From: Candidatus Limnocylindrales bacterium | Lineage (GTDB): Bacteria; Chloroflexota; Limnocylindria; Limnocylindrales; CSP1-4 | Length of the DNA stretch: 64,000 bases | NCBI GenBank assembly: GCA_051306295.1 | Contig: JBPPMZ010000069.1 | Span: 17,998-81,997, forward strand | Direction of reading: 5' to 3' | Part shown: in pieces, positions 8,110-16,236 of the stretch | How the letters are laid out: every line of letters begins with the position of its first letter | How positions within the stretch are numbered: position 1 is the stretch's first letter | Made by a program: the position numbers and the translations under genes | Notes under the pieces: model-generated | What the model was told of the DNA's origin: nothing | Seen by the model: only the letters and a program-made list of their open reading frames with translations | Databases searched by the model: none

Positions 8110-9201
8110 CTACTGGACCGTGGCAGTCCCGGTCATCGACGGGTGGACCGTGCACAGGAAGGTGTACGCGCCGGCGGGCAGGGCCGGGACGTCGTAGACC
8201 TTGGTCGCGATGCCCGGGAAGATCTCACCGAGATACGCGACCGCTCCGCCGGCATCCTTCAGCTCGACGTTATGCGGGATCCCATCGTCGTCGTTGACGA
8301 AGGCGAGGGTGAACGGCTTGTCAGCCGGAGCCGTGATGCTCGTTGTCAGGAAGGCGATGCCCTTGGCCGTCACGGTGACGTCGGCGGCGGGTGGTGACGC
8401 CTCAGCACCGGCCGGTTCGCCCGAGGGTCCGCTGACTGGTGGGCCTGACGCGACGGGCACCTCCCCGCCACTCGCCCCACGAGGCGGCACCCAGCCACCC
8501 TGGATGAGGACGGCACCGACCAGCAGGATCCCCAGTCCGACGAAGAGCAGTGACGGCGTTCGCGGATCCGGGATGTTCTCGAGGTGGCCGGTCGTATCGG
8601 CCTCCTCCGTCTTGACGTACTCCTTGCGCGCATCCACGAGCCAGCCCAGCAGCGTCACGATGAGGGCGATGACGCCGACCGCCAGGACCCACTCCCCGAA
8701 GACCAGGCCGAGCATGAGCATCGCCGCGCCGAGCGCGCCCAGGAACGGCCGGTACGACGGTCCGGGCATGTGGACGCCGGGCGGGGGGCCGGGATGGATG
8801 ACGGCCGGCAGGGCCGGGGTCGTGGCGCCCGTGTCGTGCTCGTAGACGCGCAGCGCCTCGCGCAGCCAGTACAGCAGGCCGACCACCAGGCCGATCGCAC
8901 CGACGACCAGCACCAGGCCGCCGAACACGAGGCCCAGGAACAGCAGGAACGCTCCGAACGAGGCGACGATCGGCGCGAACGACGGCCCGGGCATGTGGAT
9001 CCCGGCGGGGGTCAGCGGCTCGATCCGGGCCTTGCCGCGCCGGGCCGGCGCCTGGTGGAAGAGCTTGAGGAAGACCCACAGCAGGATCGCGACGACCAGG
9101 AAGATGACCAGGATCGGAAGCAGTGCCACGACGGCACCCCAATCCGGGATGACGAACTGGGCCGTCAGCTCAAGGAAGCCGTTCCACAGGTCGTCGAGCA
9201 T
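8110..9201 (-). CDS. Membrane protein: tandemly duplicated CtaF (cytochrome oxidase subunit IV) C-terminal-like module fused to a C-terminal cupredoxin (type-1 copper) domain
   Basis: Two repeats of HMPGPS(F/Y)xP + TM helix pair (compare actinobacterial CtaF SPHSWWP region), then PHNV ... YTFLCTVHPSMTG cupredoxin ligand pattern (His, Cys, His, Met). Paralogous to the C-terminus of the CoxB gene. Confidence 0.65.
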   Translation of the reverse strand: MLDDLWNGFLELTAQFVIPDWGAVVALLPILVIFLVVAILLWVFLKLFHQAPARRGKARIEPLTPAGIHMPGPSFAPIVASFGAFLLFLGLVFGGLVLVVGAIGLVVGLLYWLREALRVYEHDTGATTPALPAVIHPGPPPGVHMPGPSYRPFLGALGAAMLMLGLVFGEWVLAVGVIALIVTLLGWLVDARKEYVKTEEADTTGHLENIPDPRTPSLLFVGLGILLVGAVLIQGGWVPPRGASGGEVPVASGPPVSGPSGEPAGAEASPPAADVTVTAKGIAFLTTSITAPADKPFTLAFVNDDDGIPHNVELKDAGGAVAYLGEIFPGIATKVYDVPALPAGAYTFLCTVHPSMTGTATVQ

Positions 9202-9215
9202 CGGTCAGGCGTCGA

Positions 9216-9410
9216 TCAGTCGTTCGAGGAACCGGCCGTCAGGACGTAGGCCATGATCGACATGGCGATCCCCAGGCAGAGCAGCAGCGTCACGCCGGCG
9301 TAATCGACGTGCCACCCGCCCACGGTCGGCACGACGAAGAAGATGATGCCGATGACGGCGAACGACGCGCCGATGACGATCGCGTTGCGGGAATGGCTCG
9401 CGGTCTTCAT
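9216..9410 (-). CDS. ctaF: Small 2-TM protein resembling the N-terminal half of actinobacterial cytochrome c oxidase subunit IV (CtaF)
   Basis: 64 aa from ATG at 9410: MKTASHSRNAIVIGASFAVIGIIFFVVPTVGGWHVDYAGVTLLLCLGIAMSIMAYVL. Positioned between ctaE and the CtaF-like/cupredoxin gene. Confidence 0.5.
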   Translation of the reverse strand: MKTASHSRNAIVIGASFAVIGIIFFVVPTVGGWHVDYAGVTLLLCLGIAMSIMAYVLTAGSSND

Positions 9411-9423
9411 GGCTTCAAGCCCC

Positions 9424-10086
9424 TTACGCGGCGGGCCCGGTCCCGGGCAGCAGATAGAGCAGGGAGAAGAGCAGGATCCAGACCACGTCGACGAAGTGCC
9501 AATACAGGCTGACCGCCTCGACCGCATCGTGGTGCTTGGCCGAGAACTGGCCGGCCATGCCGCGATAGAGCACGACGCCGAGCATGATCACCCCACCGAA
9601 GACGTGCGCGCCGTGGAAGCCCGTCAGGGTGAAGTACGTGGTCCCGAACGTCCCGGCCGAGAGCGTGATGCCCTCGCTGCCCAGGGCGGCGTAGTCGATC
9701 ACCTGCATGATCAGGAACACGATGCCGATGCTGAACGTGACCGCGATGTTCCGGATGAATGCCGTCCGGTCACCTCGACGGATGCCCCACACCGCGAACT
9801 GGCAGGTGAAGGACGAGAGGATCAACAGGACGGTGGCCGGCCCGACGAGCGGCAGGATCGCGAGGTGGAACGCCTCGTTGGTCTCAGGATTGAGCGGCGG
9901 CCACTGCGCGGCGTTCGCGCGGACGTTGAAGTAGGCCGCGAACAGGCCGGCGAAGAACATCACCTCGGAGGTGATGAACAGGAGCATCCCCAGGATGACG
10001 TTGCTGATGCCGCCGCCGGTCCCGTGCGCGGCGGCCGCCGGAGCGTGCTGGTCGGCCGTCGTCAGCGCGTGGCTATCGCTGGTCAC
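9424..10086 (-). CDS. ctaE: Cytochrome c oxidase subunit III
   Basis: GTG start at 10086 immediately after ctaD stop. 5 TM segments, conserved subunit III motifs (TGFHGAHV, LYWHFVDVVW). Confidence 0.85.
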   Translation of the reverse strand: MTSDSHALTTADQHAPAAAAHGTGGGISNVILGMLLFITSEVMFFAGLFAAYFNVRANAAQWPPLNPETNEAFHLAILPLVGPATVLLILSSFTCQFAVWGIRRGDRTAFIRNIAVTFSIGIVFLIMQVIDYAALGSEGITLSAGTFGTTYFTLTGFHGAHVFGGVIMLGVVLYRGMAGQFSAKHHDAVEAVSLYWHFVDVVWILLFSLLYLLPGTGPAA

Positions 10087-10088
10087 GG

Positions 10089-11726
10089 TCAGTGCCCCCC
10101 GGTCGCGGCGTCGCCGCGATGGCGCAGGTCGAAGACCGGGCGCTCCGAGCGGATCTCCGGCAGGCGATCGAAGTTGTAGGGCGGTGGCGGCGAGCTCGTC
10201 GCCCACTCCAACGTGTTGCCTTCCCACGGATCGTCGCCGGCCGGCTTGCCGCTGCGCAGCGAGACGAAGATGTTCCACAGGAGCGGCAGCATGCTGGCCG
10301 CGATCGTGAATCCGCCGACCGTGGCTGCCAGGTTCAGGTCGTTCCAGCCAGCGGTCGAGGCGTAATCGGCGATGCGTCGCGGCATCCCCGACAGCCCGAG
10401 CTCATGCATCGGGAAGAAGGTCAGGTTGAAGCCGATGAACATGAGCACGAACTGGACCTTGCCCAGACCCTCGCTCAGCATCCGGCCCGTCATCTTGGGG
10501 AACCAGTAGTACAGGCCGCCCATGATCCCGAACACCGAGCCACCGAACAGCACGTAGTGGATGTGGGCCACGACCCAGTACGTATCGTGGATGGCGAAGT
10601 CCACCGGCACCGACGCACTGAACGCGCCGTTGATGCCGCCGATGAGGAACATGCTCAGGAAGCCCAGCGCGAACAGGAGCGGGGTCTTGAGCATCAGCTG
10701 GCCGCGCCACAGGGTGAAGATCCAGTTGAACATCTTGACGCCGGTCGGGACCGCGATGAGGAACGTCATGAGGCTGAAGAACGGCAGGTAGACCGCGCCG
10801 GTCGTGAACATGTGGTGGGCCCACACGGAGAACCCGAGCGCCCCGATGCCGGCCGTCGCGAACACGAACGCCTTGTAGCCGAACAGCGGCTTGCGACTGA
10901 ACACCGGCAGGATCTCGCTGATCATGCCCATCGCCGGCAGGATCATGACGTAGACCGCCGGGTGCGAGTAGAACCAGAAGACGTTCTGCCAGAGGATCGC
11001 ATCGCCGCCGTTGGCGGGGTCGAAGAAGCTGCCGCCGAGATTGCGGTCGATGAAGAGCATGATCAGGGCGCTGGTGATGACCGGCGTCGCCATGAGCACC
11101 AGGACCGACGTCACGAGGACCGTCCAGGTCATGATCGGCATCCGGAACAGCGTCATGCCGGGAGCCCGCATCTTGAACATCGTGACCAGGAAGTTCACGG
11201 CGCCCAGGATCGAGCTCGTGCCGATGAGGATGAGCGCCACGATCCACAGGTCCTGCCCGGTCCCGACGGCCGCGAGGGGCCGGTCCTGGGCCAGCGGGCT
11301 GTAACTCGTCCAACCCGCCGCCGCCGACCCACCCGTCACGAACGATAGCAGGAGCAGGATGCCGCCCAGGGGCAGCATCCAGAACGACAGGGCATTGATG
11401 CGCGGGAAGGCCATGTCCGGCGCGCCGATCTGGAGCGGCACGATGTAGTTGCCGAAGCCCGCCAGCATCGGGATCACGAACAGGAAGATCATGAACGTGG
11501 CGTGCATCGTGAACAGTTCGTTGTAGGTCTGGTCGGTCACGAACTGGAGTCCCGGCTGTGCCAGCTCGACGCGCACACCCAGGGCGAGCAGGCCACCGAT
11601 GAAGAAGAACAGGAACGAGTTGATCACGTACAGGATCCCGATCTTCTTGTGATCGGTCGTGGTCACCCAGTCGTACAGCGTGGTGCGGTACGTCGGGGCG
11701 GCCGGGTGGAGCGCGGTGGTCGCCAC
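10089..11726 (-). CDS. ctaD: Cytochrome c oxidase subunit I (heme-copper oxidase)
   Basis: 545 aa, canonical subunit I sequence (His ligands, WFFGHPEVY-like region). GTG start with GAGGAG SD upstream. Confidence 0.95.
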   Translation of the reverse strand: MATTALHPAAPTYRTTLYDWVTTTDHKKIGILYVINSFLFFFIGGLLALGVRVELAQPGLQFVTDQTYNELFTMHATFMIFLFVIPMLAGFGNYIVPLQIGAPDMAFPRINALSFWMLPLGGILLLLSFVTGGSAAAGWTSYSPLAQDRPLAAVGTGQDLWIVALILIGTSSILGAVNFLVTMFKMRAPGMTLFRMPIMTWTVLVTSVLVLMATPVITSALIMLFIDRNLGGSFFDPANGGDAILWQNVFWFYSHPAVYVMILPAMGMISEILPVFSRKPLFGYKAFVFATAGIGALGFSVWAHHMFTTGAVYLPFFSLMTFLIAVPTGVKMFNWIFTLWRGQLMLKTPLLFALGFLSMFLIGGINGAFSASVPVDFAIHDTYWVVAHIHYVLFGGSVFGIMGGLYYWFPKMTGRMLSEGLGKVQFVLMFIGFNLTFFPMHELGLSGMPRRIADYASTAGWNDLNLAATVGGFTIAASMLPLLWNIFVSLRSGKPAGDDPWEGNTLEWATSSPPPPYNFDRLPEIRSERPVFDLRHRGDAATGGH

Positions 11727-11737
11727 GTGGATGCTCC

Positions 11738-12943
11738 TCAGTTGGCTGTGAGGGTGCCGGTCATGTTCGGGTGGACCGTGCAGACGAAGGTGTACGACCC
11801 GGCCGCCAGGGCCGGGACGTCATAGGTATTCTGGGCTGGCCCGCTGAAGATCTCGCCCTTGAAGACCTCGGGACCGGTCGGCGAACCCTCGTGGATGGCC
11901 ACGTTATGCGGCACGCCGTTGTCCTTGTTGTCGAACGTGATCTGGAACGGGGCGCCGCCGGTCACGCTGACCGCGGTCTGTTCGAAGGCGATGTTCAGGG
12001 CACTGATCGCAACGGGCGGCCCGGCTGGGGCTCCGGATGTCCCTGGCTCACCGGACGGTGCCGGTCCATCGGACGGAGGCGGCGGTGGCGTGGCCTGTGC
12101 TTCGGCGATCTTGGCCGCCAGCCAGGCGTCGAAGTCCGCGGGCGTCAAGGCGTTCACTTCGAACAGCATGATCCGGTGCCCAGCGCCGCACAGCTCAGCG
12201 CACTGGCCGCGGAACGTCTGGCCGACGTCCTTCTCGTTGACGTCGAATTCGAAGACGTTGGTCCGCCCGGGCACCACGTCCCGCTTGAACAGGAACTGCG
12301 GCACGTAGAAGGCGTGGATGACATCCGGGCTGGTGAGATACAGCTTCACGGAACGGCCCACCGGGACCGCCATGCCGCCGCCCTCGCCGGTCGGGAGGTT
12401 CTGGGTATAGAGCGGGGCCTTCGCCGTCTCGCCGGCGGCGGGCGGCTCCCAGTCCGCGGGCAGGTATTCGAACTGCCACTGGAACTGGCCCGCCACCGCC
12501 CGGATCTTGACGTCCGGCTGCGCGGAGACCGTTTCGACCGCGTTGAGCGTCTGCCACGAAGCGACGAACAGGAACGCGACGATGAGCGTCGGGACGACCG
12601 TCCAGATCAGCTCTGCCACGTTGTTGCCATGCGTCTGGACCGGAAGGGTGTCGTCACCGGGCTGGCGCCGATAGCGGATGACGGACCAGACGATGAGTCC
12701 TTCGACGAGGAAGAAGATGATGACCCCGATCAGGAAGACGATCGTGTACAGGTCACGGATCTGGGCGCCCTGGCTCGTCACCGCCTCCGGTGGATACAGG
12801 CTGGTCACGATCCGCTGCGACAGGCCGACCAGGTCGCCACCGCTCAGGAGTGCGAGCACCGCGACCGTGGCGACCAGCAACGCCCCGACCACGATGGCCG
12901 TGGTCGTAGCGGATGAGCGGCCGGTCCTGGGGGAACTCGCCAT
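11738..12943 (-). CDS. ctaC: Cytochrome c oxidase subunit II with an extra C-terminal cupredoxin (plastocyanin/azurin-like) domain
   Basis: CuA site CAELCGAGHRIM, then Pro-rich linker, then PHNVAIH ... YTFVCTVHPNMTG type-1 copper ligand pattern. Confidence 0.9.
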   Translation of the reverse strand: MASSPRTGRSSATTTAIVVGALLVATVAVLALLSGGDLVGLSQRIVTSLYPPEAVTSQGAQIRDLYTIVFLIGVIIFFLVEGLIVWSVIRYRRQPGDDTLPVQTHGNNVAELIWTVVPTLIVAFLFVASWQTLNAVETVSAQPDVKIRAVAGQFQWQFEYLPADWEPPAAGETAKAPLYTQNLPTGEGGGMAVPVGRSVKLYLTSPDVIHAFYVPQFLFKRDVVPGRTNVFEFDVNEKDVGQTFRGQCAELCGAGHRIMLFEVNALTPADFDAWLAAKIAEAQATPPPPPSDGPAPSGEPGTSGAPAGPPVAISALNIAFEQTAVSVTGGAPFQITFDNKDNGVPHNVAIHEGSPTGPEVFKGEIFSGPAQNTYDVPALAAGSYTFVCTVHPNMTGTLTAN

Positions 12944-13274
12944 GCAGGGTCCTCAACGGTTCGGTCGGGGCACACACCCGGACCAGGCGCGGGTCAAGAA
13001 CGGGTAGCGGTCCGGCCCACGGGGGTCGGACGGCGCCATGATACCCGGAGCGTGGGCCGCTCGCGTGGTCCTGCGTTGTGGCTCGGTGGGAGCAGGCCAG
13101 GGGCGCGCGACCGGCGATGTTCCCCCCAGTACCGCATCCGCGATAGACACCTCGTGGAATCGCGACGAAACGACGACGCCGTGTCGATCCTGCAAGGGAC
13201 CACGCACGTTCGTTCAGGATCCGGTACTGGCCGCACCGCCGAGGCGCGGGATCGGTTCGTGCGACGATGCGGGC

Positions 13275-14297
13275 ATGCGCACCCGTCGGCCCGTGGCCCT
13301 CCTCGCGGCCTGGCTCGCCGCCGCTCCGGCCGTCAGCGCCCATGGCGCGACCCCATCGGAACCGCCGACCGCCGCCTCGCTCCTGTTCGAGTGGACGCTC
13401 GAGCCGCTGCCCACGCTCGGGATCGTGGTCGCGCTCGCCGTCTGGTGGCGGCTCGTTGGTCGGGTGAACGCGGCCCACCCGGCGAATCCGGTGCCGCGTC
13501 GGCGGTCGGTGGCGTTCGCCCTGGGGCTGGCGGCCATCGCTGTCGCGCTGTTGTCCGGCATCGATGCCTACGACACGACGCTGTTCTCCGTGCACATGGT
13601 CCAGCACGTCCTGCTCACGTTCGTCGCCGCGCCGCTCATCGCGCTGTCCGGTCCGATCACCCTCCTGCTCCGTGCCTCGACGCCCGCCGTGCGTCAGCGC
13701 TGGATCCTCCCGGTCCTCCACTCGCGCACGCTCCGCGTGTTGGCCTTCCCGGTCGTGGCCTGGGTGGTGTTCGCCGCGGTGATGTGGGCGAGCCACTTCT
13801 CGCCGCTCTTCGATGCCGCGTTGGAGGACCCCCTCCTCCACGACCTGGAACACGGCCTGTTCCTCGGGACCGCGCTGCTGTTCTGGTGGCCGGTCGTGGC
13901 CGTCGATCCCGGCCCGTGGCGGATGCCGCACCCCGTCCGGGCCTTGTACGTGTTCCTGCAGATGCCCCAGAACACGTTCCTCGCGGTCGTCCTGCTGGGG
14001 GCGACGAACGTGCTCTACCCGCATTACGCGTCGACCGGCCGCACCTGGGGTCCCACGCCGCTCGCCGACCAGGGCACGGCCGCGGGCATCATGTGGATCG
14101 CCGGCGACGTGGTGTTCCTCATCGCGATCCTGGGGGTGATCGGAGCCTGGATGCGATCGGAGGCACGCGAGACGGACCGGACGGACCGACGGGCGGACGT
14201 CGAGCGGGCGGCCATCCGCAGCCGCGAACGGGAGTTGGCCGATCGCCTGACCCGCGAGCGCGAGGACGCTCAGTCCGGGAGTGGCGTCTCCAGGTAG
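13275..14297 (+). CDS. ctaG: Cytochrome oxidase assembly factor, Caa3_CtaG/CopD-like polytopic membrane protein
   Basis: Signal peptide, 7-8 TM, HMVQH motif. Divergent from ctaC. Confidence 0.6.
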   Translation: MRTRRPVALLAAWLAAAPAVSAHGATPSEPPTAASLLFEWTLEPLPTLGIVVALAVWWRLVGRVNAAHPANPVPRRRSVAFALGLAAIAVALLSGIDAYDTTLFSVHMVQHVLLTFVAAPLIALSGPITLLLRASTPAVRQRWILPVLHSRTLRVLAFPVVAWVVFAAVMWASHFSPLFDAALEDPLLHDLEHGLFLGTALLFWWPVVAVDPGPWRMPHPVRALYVFLQMPQNTFLAVVLLGATNVLYPHYASTGRTWGPTPLADQGTAAGIMWIAGDVVFLIAILGVIGAWMRSEARETDRTDRRADVERAAIRSRERELADRLTREREDAQSGSGVSR

Positions 14298-15259
14298 CGC
14301 CAGTACGCCTCCGGATCTACGTTGCCGCCGCTGACGACGCCGACGACCGGGCCCGTGAGGTCGTCTAGGCCGGCTTCTCGCGAGCGGAACACCATCGCCG
14401 CGACGACGAGCGCGCCAGATGGCTCCACGACCAGGCGCGACCACTCGGCGGCCAGCCGGACCCCGGCCGCGATCTCCGCCTCGCTGACGACCACGATGCC
14501 GTCGAGGTGGGCGCGCATATGGGCGAACGGGCGTTCGCCGATGGACTGGGTGCGCGTGCCGTCGGCGATGGTCCGCGACACGTCCTCGGCCGACCAGCGA
14601 ACGACCGAGCCCGACGCCAGCGACTCGCGCGCGTCCGCGGCCAGTTCCGGCTCCACGCCGATGACCCGCGCCGCCGGAGCGAGCGCCTTGATCGCCGTCG
14701 CGACGCCACTCGCCAGGCCGCCGCCGCCGATCGGGACCAGGACGGCGGCGACGTCGGGCAGGTCCTCGACGATCTCCAGACCGACGGTGCCCTGGCCGGC
14801 GATGATCCGATCGTCGTCGTAGGGCGGGATGATGGCCAGGCCGCGCTCCGCAGCGATCGACTCGGCGACGCGCTGGCGCTCGTCCGACGCGGTGCCCACG
14901 ACGACGACCTGGGCGCCGTCGGCTTCGACGCGCTCGCGCTTGATGGCCGGCGCGTCCGAGGGCATGACGACGACAGCGGGGCAGCCCAGCAGCCGTGCGG
15001 CCCGAGCCACGCCCTGGGCGTGATTGCCCGAGGAGTAGGTGATGACCCCCCGCGCGCGCTGGGTGTCTGAGAGCGTGGCGACGGCGTGGTAGGCGCCGCG
15101 GATCTTGAATGCGCCGATCGGCTGGAGGCTCTCTGCCTTCAGGAAATGCCGTTGCTCCGGCGGTCCGAATGGCACGAGCGGCGTGTGGATGGCAACGCCG
15201 AGCAGGATCGTCGCCGCGGCCCGGATGTCGTCGATCGTGACGAGCGGTCGCTCGGTCAT
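14270..15259 (-). CDS. Threonine/serine dehydratase (PLP-dependent, IlvA/TdcB-like)
   Basis: FKIRGA PLP-lysine motif, SSGNHAQG, GGGGL loop. Confidence 0.85.
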   Translation of the reverse strand: MTERPLVTIDDIRAAATILLGVAIHTPLVPFGPPEQRHFLKAESLQPIGAFKIRGAYHAVATLSDTQRARGVITYSSGNHAQGVARAARLLGCPAVVVMPSDAPAIKRERVEADGAQVVVVGTASDERQRVAESIAAERGLAIIPPYDDDRIIAGQGTVGLEIVEDLPDVAAVLVPIGGGGLASGVATAIKALAPAARVIGVEPELAADARESLASGSVVRWSAEDVSRTIADGTRTQSIGERPFAHMRAHLDGIVVVSEAEIAAGVRLAAEWSRLVVEPSGALVVAAMVFRSREAGLDDLTGPVVGVVSGGNVDPEAYWRYLETPLPD

Positions 15260-15600
15260 CGCCGACCCCGGTCGAGCTCGGACTGGCAGGCGATGCAGTG
15301 GGCGGCCCAGGGCAGCGCTTCGAGTCGGGCGGGCGCGATCGGCCGGCTGCAGCGGAGGCAGACGCCGTATCCACCGGCGTCGAGCCTGGCGAGCGCGGCG
15401 TCCACCAGGTCGAGATGTGTCGACGATCGGTCGCGGAGCGCGAGGTCGCGTTGCTGCTCGAAGACCTGGCTGGCGGCGGCGGCCTGCGAGCCATAGGTCA
15501 TCTGGCCGGGCGCCTGGATCGTCTCCGCGACCTCAGCTCGGAGTCGGGTTCGTTCAGCGAGCAGCGCCGTGCGCAGCGCTGCGAGATCGGGGACATCCAT
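15256..15600 (-). CDS. DksA/TraR family C4-type zinc finger protein
   Basis: 114 aa, C-terminal CLRCSRPI...(17)...CIAC zinc finger. ATGA overlap with dehydratase gene. Confidence 0.75.
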   Translation of the reverse strand: MDVPDLAALRTALLAERTRLRAEVAETIQAPGQMTYGSQAAAASQVFEQQRDLALRDRSSTHLDLVDAALARLDAGGYGVCLRCSRPIAPARLEALPWAAHCIACQSELDRGRR

Positions 15601-15643
15601 CAGCGGAGCCTACGCCGGGCGGGGTGTCGCCGCCAGCTCGGCT

Positions 15644-15660
15644 ATACTCCTAGGGAGTAC
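15644..15660. promoter_or_regulatory. Palindromic operator ATACTCC-TAG-GGAGTAc overlapping a TATACT -10 box, in the divergent region between the dksA/traR-like gene and the YHS gene
   Basis: Seen directly. Same half-sites as the 17-bp palindrome at copA (50648-50664). Confidence 0.5.
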
Positions 15661-15681
15661 CACCCAACTGGAGGATGACCG

Positions 15682-15852
15682 ATGGCCACCGCGAAGGATC
15701 CCGTCTGCGGCATGGAGGTCGATACCACGACCTCGCTCCTGTCCCTGGAGCATGACGGCACGACCTACTGGTTCTGTGGCAAGGGCTGCCTGCTCGAGTT
15801 CAAGGACGACCCCGACAAGTACCTCGCCGAGGACTATCAGCCAAGCATGTAA
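15682..15852 (+). CDS. YHS/TRASH domain metal-binding protein (56 aa). Missed by ORF track (too short).
   Basis: MATAKDPVCGMEVDTTTSLLSLEHDGTTYWFCGKGCLLEFKDDPDKYLAEDYQPSM. GGAGG SD 8 nt upstream of ATG. Confidence 0.75.
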   Translation: MATAKDPVCGMEVDTTTSLLSLEHDGTTYWFCGKGCLLEFKDDPDKYLAEDYQPSM

Positions 15853-15867
15853 CAGCCCGACGGCCCT

Positions 15868-15990
15868 GCGTTCCTGCCAGTACCCGGATCGCGATGAACG
15901 TGCGTGGTCCCGCGCAGGATCGACAGGTTCCTGTCAGTTGGTGATCGGTCCACACGGGACTCGTAGCGAATCCGGTACTCAGGGGAACGC
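15868..15990. repeat. X-family element copy 1: 123 bp with about 20-bp imperfect terminal inverted repeats (GCGTTCCTGCCAGTACCCGG ... CCGGTACTCAGGGGAACGC). Internal sequence diverged from copies 2 and 3.
   Basis: Shares both termini and length with 37823-37945. Lies 3' of the YHS gene. Confidence 0.6.
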
Positions 15991-16236
15991 AGGCCGTCTG
16001 GGCCGCCCACCCGGCCTGGCGCGCGATCCGCGATAAGTCGCAGCTAAGCGGTCATGAGGACACTGCGCATCCGCGCTGGTGATCGGGCACTCCTTGGTGG
16101 GATCGCATCGGCGCCCCAGGCCGGCCAGATGCCGGCGGAGGTACTCGACGTGCGTGCCCGGATCCTCGCCTCGGCCATGGCCGTCCTCCCCGTCCTCGTC
16201 GCCTTCTTCGAGTTCGGTCGGCGATGGCACTGAGCC

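Noticed and set aside
8110-9201. Stop-codon read-through fusing the cupredoxin protein to TlpA
   Set aside because: Would put a positive-inside signal anchor after a periplasmic domain (odd TM count), which is topologically implausible. More likely a non-canonical start or an assembly error.
12753-15494. 913-aa minus-strand ORF
   Set aside because: Arg/Pro-rich low-complexity translation antisense to ctaG and overlapping the dehydratase and DksA genes in other frames. Artefact.
15979-16230. 83-aa minus-strand ORF tightly following potC
   Set aside because: Acidic N-terminus, then an Arg/Pro-rich tail that runs into the X1 repeat. No SD or domain signal. Kept out of the feature list, though tight spacing to potC means it cannot be fully excluded.
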